Origin: an uncultured Planctomycetota bacterium
GTDB lineage: Bacteria; Planctomycetota; Planctomycetia; Gemmatales; Gemmataceae
NCBI GenBank assembly: GCA_963849325.1
Contig: CAWKHF010000002.1
Location: 320,001 to 384,000 of the forward strand
Length of the DNA: 64,000 bases
Direction of reading: 5' to 3'
Shown: positions 53,424 to 63,835 of the stretch, in pieces
Layout of the letters: every line of letters starts with the position of its first letter
Numbering within the stretch: position 1 is the stretch's first letter
Position numbers and translations under genes: made by a program
Notes under the pieces: model-generated
The model's input: the letters and a program-made list of their open reading frames with translations, nothing else
Database searches by the model: none
What the model was told of the DNA's origin: nothing

Positions 53424-54173
53424 ATGGATACGGTGGCGGCGCTGCAGGTGTACCGGGAAGTGGCCGACTGGTACGAACGGCAGGGGCAGCCGGCGATGCG
53501 CGATCGCTTCCTCATCCTGGCGGCGGAGGCGGCGTTCTCGGCGGGTAAGCCCGAAGAGGCGGAACGATTGCGCCAGCGCCTGCTGCAAGGCAATCCGCAT
53601 CACATGCTCAAACCGTTCAGCTCCTTCGCGCAGGCGCTACAATCCAGCAACATCCAGATCTACATCCACGACTTGCAAATGAACTATCCGCCGAAGACGG
53701 CGGACAGCCTCTTGCACAAGCTGCGCGGCGGTCCCGAGCCGACGGTCTCGATTCCACAGACGGCGCCTCTGATCGAGATCCGCGACGAGCCGACGCTGCC
53801 CCTGAGTGGCACGGCGGACTCGCTCAAGGTCTATCCGCTGCGGCCGGAGCCGGAGCCGACGGTCCCGCCCGCGGCCCAGGTGAAACCGACTCACCTCAAT
53901 CGGCCGATCCCGCCCGCCGCGCCGGCGCGTACGCCCACGCTTAACGCGCCGGTGCCTCGTGCTCAGCCCGTGCCGTCGCGCCCACTGGTGCCGCCGCGGC
54001 CTGCTCGTCCTGCCGTCGCACCGGCCGCTCCTCTTCCACCGAGCACGGAACCGGCCGCCCCAGGCGGCGCCTGGTTGACGCTCCTGCTATTCGGCATGAC
54101 CGTCACGGCCGGCATCGCCCTCGGTGTCTACACACTGGCCCGGCCGTTCTTGCCTCCGCAGTGGTTACCGTGA
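53424..54173 (+). CDS. Hypothetical protein: helical N-domain, Pro-rich linker, C-terminal TM anchor
   Basis: GGAGGAG RBS; MDTVAALQVY...; WLTLLLFGMTVTAGIALGVY. Confidence 0.75.
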   Translation: MDTVAALQVYREVADWYERQGQPAMRDRFLILAAEAAFSAGKPEEAERLRQRLLQGNPHHMLKPFSSFAQALQSSNIQIYIHDLQMNYPPKTADSLLHKLRGGPEPTVSIPQTAPLIEIRDEPTLPLSGTADSLKVYPLRPEPEPTVPPAAQVKPTHLNRPIPPAAPARTPTLNAPVPRAQPVPSRPLVPPRPARPAVAPAAPLPPSTEPAAPGGAWLTLLLFGMTVTAGIALGVYTLARPFLPPQWLP

Positions 54174-54415
54174 AATCGTCACGGGCCGTCCCGATCTTCC
54201 GCCGCCTCGGTATCGGCCGCGTGCCGCATGGCCTTGGCCCGGACGGGTCGGCCGTTGCTCGCCGGCGCCGGCGGCGCCGCGACTTCCGGGGCGGGTTGGA
54301 TGATGGTGGCGGCCGCCGGATCGAGCGCCGGCGCCTCCTTGCGGAAAAAGAACACCGCCACGACGATGACCAGACTCACACCGACGACCAGTCCGAACTT
54401 GGCATCGCGGGGCAT
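54165..54415 (-). CDS. Small membrane-anchored protein (3' end uncertain)
   Basis: MPRDAKFGLVVGVSLVIVVAVFFF. Confidence 0.6.
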
Positions 54416-54645
54416 GGACACAACTCCGTAAGGGGCGCGACAACCACTCTACTATCCCCCCTAACGTCGTCTCGGGCGGCTCGTTCTCCACGAAAAAACG
54501 ACATTTTCTCGGGAGGCAACACGGTAGAAGAGGCAGGTGGCGCATCAACGGAGCCGGCTGTAAGGTCGGCGTGGACGTTTCGCGCTCCCCTCCACCCGCC
54601 TGGGCGCTCCACAGGAGGGACGTGAGGATGTACGGCGGGCCATCG

Positions 54646-55335
54646 TCACACCCTTTCTTGATCGAGTTGTTCCAGACGGGCCAGCCATTGACCGAAGTGG
54701 GAGCAGCGCTGGCGCAGGATTGACAGACCGATGGCTTCGGTCAGCAACGGCCCGTGAATGTTCTCGTCATAATCATCAAAATGCTTTTGAATCCTGAATT
54801 TTGGATGACTATGCTGTCCGTGATTGATGCGCTCCGGCGTGTCGAATGGCTGGCACTCAGCGGCCAATGCCGTCAGGGCGCGATTTCTGCCCTCGAACCA
54901 GTCGGCGAACTGCTCGGGGGCCGACAGCACCAGGGCTTCGAATTCGTGAACCTGTAAGTAAGGAATAAAGCGAAGGTCGCCAATCTCCAGGGCGATGGCC
55001 TGCTCTAGTGTTAAGGCTTGCTCATAACAGTCCGACAGTTCCATGGCTTGAGCATAGCCCGGGAAGTCATGCGGTAAATGGTAAAGGTCCACCATCATCG
55101 AAAATCGAGCGTCCGGCGAAGGGATTTCTTTGAGCCAGCGCCGCATGTCTTCCAGGGCGTGCCGAAAGGTGTTGAACATGCCGCCCCGAGGGATCCGTCC
55201 GGCTCGACGGCCGTATGGGCCGGTGAATCGAGGCGGCCACAAGTAGACGTTGAACGCCGTCAAGTGCGATTGGAGCAATGTCAACGCGAACGTTGCTTCG
55301 GTCTGGCCTTCGACCGTCAGGTAGAGGTGCTTCAC
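54646..55335 (-). CDS. DUF4276-family protein (TOPRIM-like)
   Basis: LTVEGQTE, MVDLY, FIPYLQVHEFEAL, PERIN, CSHFGQWL; GTGA overlap with the ATPase stop. Confidence 0.88.
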   Translation of the reverse strand: MKHLYLTVEGQTEATFALTLLQSHLTAFNVYLWPPRFTGPYGRRAGRIPRGGMFNTFRHALEDMRRWLKEIPSPDARFSMMVDLYHLPHDFPGYAQAMELSDCYEQALTLEQAIALEIGDLRFIPYLQVHEFEALVLSAPEQFADWFEGRNRALTALAAECQPFDTPERINHGQHSHPKFRIQKHFDDYDENIHGPLLTEAIGLSILRQRCSHFGQWLARLEQLDQERV

Positions 55336-56450
55336 GCGAACGGCCCTCCCCCGACGACGTTCTTTTCCCACAACTGGGCGAGGGTATAATCCTGAAGCCA
55401 GTCCTTAAGTTGTTCTTCGTTCAAGCGCTTGAAGGTCGAAGCGCCGTCACGCCGATCCACGACGATGACGTCCTCCGGTGCGAAGCCGTCCAGCAGATTC
55501 GCCGATTGGGTGGCGACGATGACCTGGCAATGGTGGGAGACCGACCGAAGCATCCCGCCGAGTAGGTTCAGGCCAGCCGGATGCAGGCCCAATTCCGGTT
55601 CATCAATGACGATCAGGTCCGGCAGCAGTGCTTGCGGTTGCAGAAGCAAGGTCGCCAGTGCGATAAACCGCAACGTACCGTCGGAAAGCTGGTGCGCGCC
55701 GAACACCTCGCCGGTGTGCTTATCCTGCCAATTGAGGATAATGTCCTTTTCCTCGCGGCCGGTCGGTTCGAGGTCAAAGTCCGCCAGGAACGGCGCGATT
55801 TGGCGTACGGTTCCCAGAATGCGGCGATAAGCCGGGTTCCCTTCATCCCTACGGAACCGGTATAACAGCGCGGCGACGTTGCCCGCGTCCGGCATTAGCC
55901 AACGGTCGTTGCCGACGTAGCTGTAGCTCCGCGCCTGCGCCGTGGGCGACGTATCGTGAAAGTGGAAGACCCGGCAGCCATTCAGGAGATGACGAAAGAC
56001 CCCGGCCGTCTGACTGCCCCGATCCGCCTCGTCCCCGATGCGCGTTTCCAGATGTCCGACGCCCAGCGACAGTGGCGGCTTGTGCGATCCTGCCCAGTCG
56101 TGTCGCTTGAAATCCAGCGTCTCTTCCGCGAAGGCAAGGGTGTCGCCCGCGACGTGAAATAACCGCTGATGGTAGGTGTTCAGACCCTGGTCCGTGGCGA
56201 ACTCCAGCATTGCTTCCATTTGAGGCGTACGCTTGGGACCGTAATGCAACACCGATTGCGCTCGACCTGCCTCGGCGACATAGGTTTGCAAACGGCCGCC
56301 CATCATCTCGTTGAGCATCTTAAAGAACGAAACGAGATTGCTCTTGCCGGCCCCATTCGCTCCAATCAGAATGTTCCGAGGGCGCAGCTCGAGGTCCACC
56401 GCGTTGAGCGACTTGAACCCGTTCAGGATCACACGTCGAAGCATCGCCAT
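55332..56450 (-). CDS. AAA_21/ABC-type ATPase
   Basis: GFKS, IGANGAGKSN, LSDGT, IDEPELGLHP, ATQS. Confidence 0.92.
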   Translation of the reverse strand: MAMLRRVILNGFKSLNAVDLELRPRNILIGANGAGKSNLVSFFKMLNEMMGGRLQTYVAEAGRAQSVLHYGPKRTPQMEAMLEFATDQGLNTYHQRLFHVAGDTLAFAEETLDFKRHDWAGSHKPPLSLGVGHLETRIGDEADRGSQTAGVFRHLLNGCRVFHFHDTSPTAQARSYSYVGNDRWLMPDAGNVAALLYRFRRDEGNPAYRRILGTVRQIAPFLADFDLEPTGREEKDIILNWQDKHTGEVFGAHQLSDGTLRFIALATLLLQPQALLPDLIVIDEPELGLHPAGLNLLGGMLRSVSHHCQVIVATQSANLLDGFAPEDVIVVDRRDGASTFKRLNEEQLKDWLQDYTLAQLWEKNVVGGGPFA

Positions 56451-56599
56451 TCGCCGACCTCCTACACATCCCGAACGTCGAACAGGAGCCGTCGGAACTC
56501 TTCCTCAATCATACGCACCTTCCAGATCTGGTCGGAGTGGCGTAGGTTTTCGAGGTTGTTGACGTCGGGAACGGCGCATCGCCGGGCTGTTGTAGGTGG

Positions 56600-57085
56600 T
56601 CAACGGCCCTCGCGGACAGGTTCAACGACCAGACGCATCGGCCCGCCGCAACACTCGCAGAGGTTCTTCTCACTTCGGCGGATCGAGCAGATGTCGCACC
56701 AGTAATAGACTTCGTGCAGTTGGCCCTTGACGTAGCTGTGGACGGCCGTCACCCGCAAGAGTTGGCTGCCCGGCAAAAGCCGTCCCGTCAGACGCATCGG
56801 TCGATTCAGCAAGACAGGATCCTTGAAGAACAGACGCGAGCCGCTGTCTTTGACCAGCGGATAGACCTTGCCGTCGTCGCCGACCAGCGCCAGCCAGTGC
56901 GGCGCCGCGTCGGGATCGAGACGCGAGCCGGCCTTGGCCACGAGATCGGCCAACGGCACGACCTTGCCCGTGAAATACTCGCTTTTCGCTGGCGCTGTCT
57001 TGGAGTCGGTGGCTCCGGCGAGCAGGGGAAACAAACCGACAACGCCAGCGAAGACCAGGGTCGGACGACGAGCAAGGCAAGACAT
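56600..57085 (-). CDS. Secreted protein with C-terminal CxxC-x8-CxCC metal-binding motif
   Basis: Signal peptide; YYWCDICSIRRSEKNLCECCGGPM. Confidence 0.75.
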   Translation of the reverse strand: MSCLARRPTLVFAGVVGLFPLLAGATDSKTAPAKSEYFTGKVVPLADLVAKAGSRLDPDAAPHWLALVGDDGKVYPLVKDSGSRLFFKDPVLLNRPMRLTGRLLPGSQLLRVTAVHSYVKGQLHEVYYWCDICSIRRSEKNLCECCGGPMRLVVEPVREGR

Positions 57086-57107
57086 GGCGGTATCTCCGCA
57101 ACATTCG

Positions 57108-58590
57108 CTAGAGGTCTTTCCACAATTCGGAATGCTCCGCCTTCGCGGTCGCCGACGGCTGGTTGGCCGCATCCTTGGCCGGCTTCCGCGCCCGCTCCTT
57201 CTTGCGGCGTTTGGGCGCGGGCGTCGCGTCCACGGCAACCGCGTCGTCCACGGGCTCCGGCGACGTCTGGTCCTCGCGCGGTTTGCGGCGCAGGTACAGC
57301 TTGATCGGCACGTCGTTGAAGTGCAGATGATCGCGGATCGTCTTGATGAGGATAGCGCTGATAGGTGTTGTCGAACAGTTCCGGCCCGTTGGTGAACAGG
57401 ACGATGGTAGGCGGGTTGGTGCCGACTTGCGTGGCGTAGTAGATCTTCGGGCGACGGTTCTGCCGTAGCGGCGGCGGCGAGGCGGTCAGCGCCTGACGCA
57501 GCGCGCGGTTGAGGTCGCCGGTGCCGACGCGGGCGCTGACCTGCTTGTACAGATGTTGGGCCAGGTTCAAGACGGTGTACACGTTCTTGCCCGACTTGGC
57601 CGTGAGGAAGGCAATCGGCACGAAATCCAGGCTCGGAAACGTCGCTCGGATGTACTGGCCCATCTTGCTGGTCGGCATCGGCACCATCAGATCCCATTTG
57701 TTGACGACGAAGATGGCCGGCTTGTGCTGCTGCAAAATGTAGTCGGCCAGCTGCTTGTCCACCTTGCTGATGCGCTGCGCGGATCGAAGAACAGCAGGAC
57801 CACGTCGGCGCGGCGGATGGAACGCTCGGCGCGAGCCAGGCTGTAAAACTCGATGTCGTTTTGCAGGCTCTTCTTCTTGCGCACGCCGGCCGTGTCGATG
57901 GCGAGGAAAGTCAGGCCGTCGCGCTCGAAGCGAACGTCGATACTGTCGCGCGTGGTGCCGGGCACCTCGCTGACGATGACGCGCTCGCTCTGGGCCACGC
58001 TGTTGATGAAGGTGCTCTTGCCGGTGTTGCGGCGGCCGACGATGGCCAGCTTCATGGCCACTTCTTTCGGTGCTGGCTCCGGCGTCTCCGCATCCGGCAG
58101 CCGTTCCTGGATCCGCTTCAGCAACTCGTCCCGATTGCGGTTCTGCTCGGCGCTGACGCAGACGACCTTGCCGAAGCCCAGTTTGTAGAACTCGGCCGCC
58201 TGCGGGTCGAGGGCGTCCGTGTCGCACTTGTTGGCCACGCACACGATCGGCTTGTTGATCTGCCGCAGCCTCCGGGCGACGTCCTCGTCCAGTCCCAGGA
58301 TGCCGGCCCGGCCATCGACGACGAACAGGATCACCTGCGCCTGGTCGATGGCCAATGCGATTTGCCGTTCGATCTGCTCGGTCAGATTGTCCACGTCGGC
58401 GATGCCCATACCGCCGGTGTCCATCAGTTCGACATAGCGCGAACCGAGCGGCAGGAGCGTGGAGACCCGGTCGCGCGTGACGCCGGCCGTGGGATCGACG
58501 ATGGCGATGCGTCGCCCGGCCAGGCCAGTTGAACAGCGACGATTTGCCCACGTTGGGCCGGCCGACGATGGCCACCACGGGTACAGTCAC
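57108..58590 (-). CDS. der: Ribosome biogenesis GTPase Der (frameshifts)
   Basis: GRPNVGKS, DTGG, NKCD; second G-domain GRRNTGKS, DTAG, NKWD; KH-like PKIYYATQ. Confidence 0.96.
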
Positions 58591-58848
58591 AACGCTCTCC
58601 TCGGGTATGACTTGCCCATCGTGTGGGCCGGGATGCGCGAAAACGAGGTCAAACAGACATTGTGGCAAACGAGGCCGCCTTCGCCAACCCCATCTAGGTG
58701 CCAGCGGCAGGAGAAATAATTGGCCGTTTCACACTCCGGGCGAAACTTTTTCGGGATACGCCGGTTGAATGCCTATCACGTGTGTTTCTGCCACGATGGG
58801 TTCGGGTGGATTTCCTCCGAGCGAATTGTCCCAAGCGAGTATCCTGTC

Positions 58849-59256
58849 ATGCGAATGTTGCATCTCGGATTGGCGTTGGCCATGCTGTTCGGCTGGACGG
58901 TCTCCGTCGAAGCGGCCAAGGGCAAGAAGGGTTCGCGTCCCGTCAATGGGGTCGTCACGGCCGTGTCGAACGCGGACAAGAACAGCGGCAACAGCGGCAC
59001 CATCACGGTCCAGGTTCAGCCGAACAAGAAAAAGAACCAGGCCGCCGCGCCTGCCGCCGTCGAGAAAACCTTCAACGTCACCAGCGCGACCACCTTCCAG
59101 CTCGTACAGCGCGTCAAGGGGCAGAAGGGGCAGACCGAGACGACTGCGGCCGCGTTGAAGGACGTGACCAAGGGCACGCACTTGCTCATCCAGGCTAACG
59201 GCGACACGGCCCAGGCGGTGAAGATTGTGGCTGGCAAGAAGAAGAAGAACAAATAA
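58849..59256 (+). CDS. Secreted basic OB-fold-like (DUF5666-like) protein
   Basis: Signal peptide; GVVTAV..GTITV..KTFNVTSATTF..LKDVTKG..AVKI. Confidence 0.75.
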   Translation: MRMLHLGLALAMLFGWTVSVEAAKGKKGSRPVNGVVTAVSNADKNSGNSGTITVQVQPNKKKNQAAAPAAVEKTFNVTSATTFQLVQRVKGQKGQTETTAAALKDVTKGTHLLIQANGDTAQAVKIVAGKKKKNK

Positions 59257-59392
59257 CGCGGTACTTCTTTGCGGCGGCGGGGTTGAATCGGATGTAGAGC
59301 AGATGCTTCTGTTGTGGAACGAGAAGCGACATCCCGCCGTCAACCCTCGCGTTTCTCCTTCGCCCGCATTTTCGTTCGGAAAGGAGAGGGCC

Positions 59393-60240
59393 ATGTTGAT
59401 CCTTCGTGGTTCTCTGACCGTGGCTCTGGCCTTGGCCTTGGCCACCGCCGTCGTCGCCGCCCCCAACCGTTCGCTGTCCGCACGCCATCGCACGAATCGC
59501 TACACCATCGAGGGCACTGTCGTCCGCGTTCATCACCACCGCTCGCCGCGCAGTGCAGGGTGGATCGAGGTCCGCCGTCCCCAGCATCACCATTCCGCCG
59601 GTCGGAGCGGCACGTCGGCGGTCGCCGCCGCCGGCCGCAACCGCTCGGGGAGCCGTAGTCATGTGGTGAAGGTGCCGGTCAATTCCTCGACGCGCTTTCA
59701 GCGACGGGGCCGGAGTGTCAACGGCAATGCCATCGCCAGCACCCGGACGGCGCGTATCAGCTTCCACGCTCTGCGTACTGGCGAACGCGTTCGAATCATC
59801 CCCGGCTCCAGCCGGCGTCATGCCGCCCGCGTGGTCGAGATTATGCCGAACTCGTCGATCCGGTGCGGTATCGCCGCTCCTCCGCTACCGCAAACGGGTC
59901 GAACTACCGTCGGCGTCACGGATACCACCGAAACGCCCTCGTCGGCGGTTCCGTCCTGTCTCGTGCCGGCCGGCCGCAATCCACAAGGACGCTCCGCCGT
60001 AACGTGACGCGGACGATGGTGAGGAAGCCTGTGCGTCACACACTCATCGCGGGGCGGGCCACCCGGAAGGTGACGCAGCATCACCAACCCCATCCCGCCG
60101 GGCAGGCGCACACGGCCCAGATGGTGAAAAAGAACATCCACCAGGCGGCGGCCAAGCACGAGAAGGCCCACAAGCCGGCGCAGACCAAGCACACTCCTTC
60201 GGCCAAGCCGAAGCATCCGTCCGCGCATCGCAAGCGTTGA
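59393..60240 (+). CDS. Secreted basic OB-fold-like protein with His/Lys/Arg-rich tail (frameshift near 59865)
   Basis: AAGGAG RBS, signal peptide; GTVVRV..VPVNSSTRF..LRTGERVRI; tail in ORF 59863..60240. Confidence 0.65.
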
Positions 60241-60399
60241 CGGTGCGTCAAAAATCCAACCACCCCCCACGCGGGGCCGGGACAAGGCACGCTGCCTCCC
60301 GGTCCCGCTCTCATTTGCGGGACGAGTCGAGCCTCTTGCGTTTGCCGTCGCTCCCTGCCAAAATGGCCGCTGTCTTTCAACAACCCGCACGCTTCCAGG

Positions 60400-61847
60400 A
60401 TGCGTCTTGTGTTGTCCGACCTGTCCGCCTATTGGCCGCACTTGACGGCGGCAACCGCGCTGGACGCGGTGCTCATCGTCATCTTCATCCCCTGGGTACT
60501 GCTGAGTAAGAAGGACGCCACGGCCACCGTGGCCTGGTGCCTCGTCGTCCTGCTCATGCCGCTCTTTGGCGCCTTGCTGTTCTGGGTGTTCGGTTACAAC
60601 TACCTGCTGCACCGGGTCCGCCATCAGCGCGACGAACACGGCGGCCATCGGCGGCACCACCCCAACGCAGCCGAGGCCGTGCCGCCGGCCGAGGGCCGAC
60701 AAGAGCACCATCTGGATGAGTTGGCCGAGCGCGTCGGGGCCTATCCCGCGCGGGCCGGCAACGCGGTGACGGTATATCACGACACCGAACACGCCTTCGA
60801 TGCACTGCTCGACGACGTCGCCGCGGCGCGTCGCTACATCCACCTGGAGTATTTCATCCTGCGCGCGGACGCGACCGGCGAGCGCCTGCTGGAATGTCTG
60901 AGCCGCAAGGCCAAGGAAGGCGTCGAGGTGCGCCTGCTGTTCGACGCGATGGGGAGCCTGCACCTGAAGCGCCGGGCGCTGCGGCGCTGCGCGAGGCGGG
61001 CGGCCAGACGGCCGCCTTCCTGCCGCTCAATCCCCTGCACTCGCTGATCCGCGTCAATCTGCGCAACCACCGCAAGATCACCGTCATCGACGGCCGAATC
61101 GGCTTCACCGGCGGCATGAACATCGGCGACGAGTATCTCGGCAAGAACCCGCGCCTGGGCTACTGGCGCGACTCGTTCGTTCGCCTGGAGGGACCGGCCG
61201 TCGGCGATTTGCAGCGTATCTTCGCCGAGGATTGGGAGTTCACGTGCCGCGAGCCCCTGGCCGAGGAGAAGTACGCTCCGCCGCAGCCGCCCGTCGGCGA
61301 CGTGGCCGTGCAGCTGGCCGACTCGGGACCGGACCAGGACGTCAACACGATCCGCGAAATCTACTTCCTCGCCATCGTCGCCGCTCGCCGCCGGCTGTGG
61401 ATCGCCAGCCCGTACCTGGTGCCGGACAACGGCCTGTTCGACGCCCTCCGCGCCGCCCGCTACCGCGGCGTCGATGTCCGCGTCCTGACGCTGCTGCGGC
61501 CGGACCACTACATCTCGTACTATGCAGGGCTGTATTACGGCGCGCAGCTGTTGGACTATGGCGTGCGTGTCTACCTCTATCGCAAGGGCATGATGCACGC
61601 CAAGCTGATGCTGGTGGACGATCACTGGGGCATGGTCGGCTCGGCCAACCTCGATTACCGCAGTTTGCACCTGAACTTCGAGGTCGGCTGCATGCTGCAC
61701 GATGCGTCGCAGGTGGCCCAGCTGGAGGACGCCTACCGGCGCGACCTCGACGATGCAGTCCCTCTCGACCGGCAGACGCTGGCGCAACGTACCCTGGCGT
61801 CGCGCACCCTGGAGAATGCTTGCCGGCTGTTCACGCCGGCCCTGTAA
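60400..61847 (+). CDS. cls: Cardiolipin synthase (frameshift near 60985)
   Basis: Two N-terminal TMs, NHRKITVIDG and MHAKLMLVD HKD motifs, GSANLDYRS. Confidence 0.95.
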
Positions 61848-61878
61848 CCTTGGAAATCCCAAACCGGAAGGACGAGCG

Positions 61879-62613
61879 ATGAGCAGATTGACAGGCAAGA
61901 CGGTCCTGGTGACGGGCGGCGGCAGCGGCATCGGTTTGGCGTCGGCCCGCCTCCTTCTGGACGAGGGGGCGCACGTGGCCATCACCGGCCGCAACGAGGA
62001 GAAACTCCGCCGCGCCGGGCGGGAACTGGACGCCGGCGATCGGCTCCTCCATCGCGCCGCCGACGTTGCCGACGTGAGCCAGGTCCAAGCGCTCGTGGAG
62101 GACGTCACGCGCCGGTTCGGGCACATCGACATCCTGGTCAACAACGCCGGTCTAAACATCAAGGAGCGGAGCTTCCGCGAGCTGACGCCGGACAGCTGGC
62201 ACCGGCTGCTGGGAGCGAACCTGCACGGAGCGTTCTACTGCATGTATGCCGTGCTGCCGCAGATGCGTCAGCGGCGCGACGGGCTGATTATCAACATCAA
62301 TTCGATTTCCGGCAAGCGCTCCAATCCGCTGGGCGGCCTGGCCTACAACGCGGCCAAGTTCGGTCTGCGCGGCCTGGCGCTGGGGCTGGCGGCGGAGGAG
62401 AAGGACAACGGCATTCGTGTGTGCAGCATTTATCCGGGTGAGGTGAATACGCCGATCCTGGAGGCTCGACCGGCGCCGGTCAGTGAGGAGCGTCGCCGCG
62501 ACATGCTGCAACCGGAGGACGTGGCGGCGGCCGTGCTGCTCATCGCCACGCTGCCGCCACGCGCCAGCATTCCCGAGTTGGTCATCACGCCGGCCAACGC
62601 GGCCTACGTCTAA
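61879..62613 (+). CDS. Short-chain dehydrogenase/reductase
   Basis: TGGGSGIG, NNAG, YNAAK, IYPGEVNT. Confidence 0.93.
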   Translation: MSRLTGKTVLVTGGGSGIGLASARLLLDEGAHVAITGRNEEKLRRAGRELDAGDRLLHRAADVADVSQVQALVEDVTRRFGHIDILVNNAGLNIKERSFRELTPDSWHRLLGANLHGAFYCMYAVLPQMRQRRDGLIININSISGKRSNPLGGLAYNAAKFGLRGLALGLAAEEKDNGIRVCSIYPGEVNTPILEARPAPVSEERRRDMLQPEDVAAAVLLIATLPPRASIPELVITPANAAYV

Positions 62614-62616
62614 CAG

Positions 62617-62705
62617 AGGGTTTAGGGTTTAGGGAAAGAGGTCCGGAGGGCAAGCGCCGGGTACTGCCGGCTGTATTTCACCCTAAACCCTAAACCCTAA
62701 ACCCT
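62617..62705. repeat. Inverted TTTAGGG/CCCTAAA heptamer arrays
   Basis: AGGGTTTAGGGTTTAGGG 62617-62634; (CCCTAAA)3CCCT 62681-62705. Confidence 0.9.
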
Positions 62706-63465
62706 ATTTCGCTTCGCCCACGTCGAGGACGATGCAGGAGATGTTGTCGCGCGAGCCGGAGTCGAGGGCCAGCTGACCGAGGCCATCGGCGCATTCCTGG
62801 GCGATTTCCTTCTGCGCCATGAAATCGAGCAGCTGCTCGTCGGAGACGACGCCGCTGAGTCCGTCGGTGCAGAGCAGGAAGCGATCACCGGCCTGGACCT
62901 GCACGGCCTTGACCTCCGGACCTTCGCCGACCTCCGGCGAACCGAGGTACTTCCACAACACGTTGCGATAGCGATGCGTGCGCGCCTCGGCGGCGGAAAT
63001 GGTCTTGGCCTCGACCAGCGCCTGGGCGATGGAATGGTCGATGGTCAGCTGCTCGATCTTCTTGCCACGAACCTGGTAAGCTCGGCTGTCGCCCATGCCG
63101 GCGACGTAAAGGTTCGCGCTGCCCTTGCGCCATATGGCCACGACAATGGTCGTGCCCATGTTCTTCAGTTCGCGGTCGAGGGCGGCCATGGCCATGATTT
63201 CTTCGTTGGCCTGCACGATGGCGCGGCGGAGGATGGTGCGGGCCTCGTCGTTGCTGACGGCGCCGCTGAGGTATTTTTTCAGCTCGCGCGGCACGATCTC
63301 GATGGCCCGCTTGCTGGCGACCTCACCGGCCGCCTGACCGCCCATGCCGTCGGCCACCAGACACACCGTCATGTCCGGAAACGCCTTGACGTCGATGGAA
63401 TCTTCGTTGTTCTCGCGGTAGTTGCCCAGCAGCGTGGACTTGCCGATATTCAACGTCAGAGCCAT
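62704..63465 (-). CDS. PP2C-family Ser/Thr protein phosphatase
   Basis: RENNED, VADGMGG, MGTT, GDSRAY, DHS, LCTDGL, DNIS. Confidence 0.95.
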   Translation of the reverse strand: MALTLNIGKSTLLGNYRENNEDSIDVKAFPDMTVCLVADGMGGQAAGEVASKRAIEIVPRELKKYLSGAVSNDEARTILRRAIVQANEEIMAMAALDRELKNMGTTIVVAIWRKGSANLYVAGMGDSRAYQVRGKKIEQLTIDHSIAQALVEAKTISAAEARTHRYRNVLWKYLGSPEVGEGPEVKAVQVQAGDRFLLCTDGLSGVVSDEQLLDFMAQKEIAQECADGLGQLALDSGSRDNISCIVLDVGEAK

Positions 63466-63701
63466 GGCCACCTCGTACTTGCCGCGGCGTCGAAGGGCAC
63501 GCGCCGACGCCGCCGGTCGAAAAGGGCCGACAAAGATAGGCTGTATCCGTTCCCGGGACGCTCGCCGAACGGCCGAACTCCCCGCGATCATCCTAACGGG
63601 TTCGCGTCCGTTTGCCAGTCTTTCTCCACCGGCCGGACCATCTTCCTAACTATACGTCCGTCCGCACGGGGGAGCAACTGATTCGGACGGCCCGCTCTTG
63701 C

Positions 63702-63731
63702 TTGACCGTCTTTGTCCGCCCCCTTTATAAT
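63702..63731 (+). promoter_or_regulatory. Putative sigma70 promoter
   Basis: TTGACC-N18-TATAAT upstream of the GTG at 63836. Confidence 0.6.
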
Positions 63732-63835
63732 GCACGCGGATCGAGCCGGCGGCAAACCATCCAGGCGAAACGAATTTGCCCATTTCCGTTCGCGCCGCCG
63801 GAGGACGAGTTGGACCAGGGGAAAGAGAGGCTGCC

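Noticed and set aside
62617-62705. Eukaryotic telomere contamination or chromosome end
   Set aside because: Very short, internal, and integrated with the stop codon of a bacterial gene
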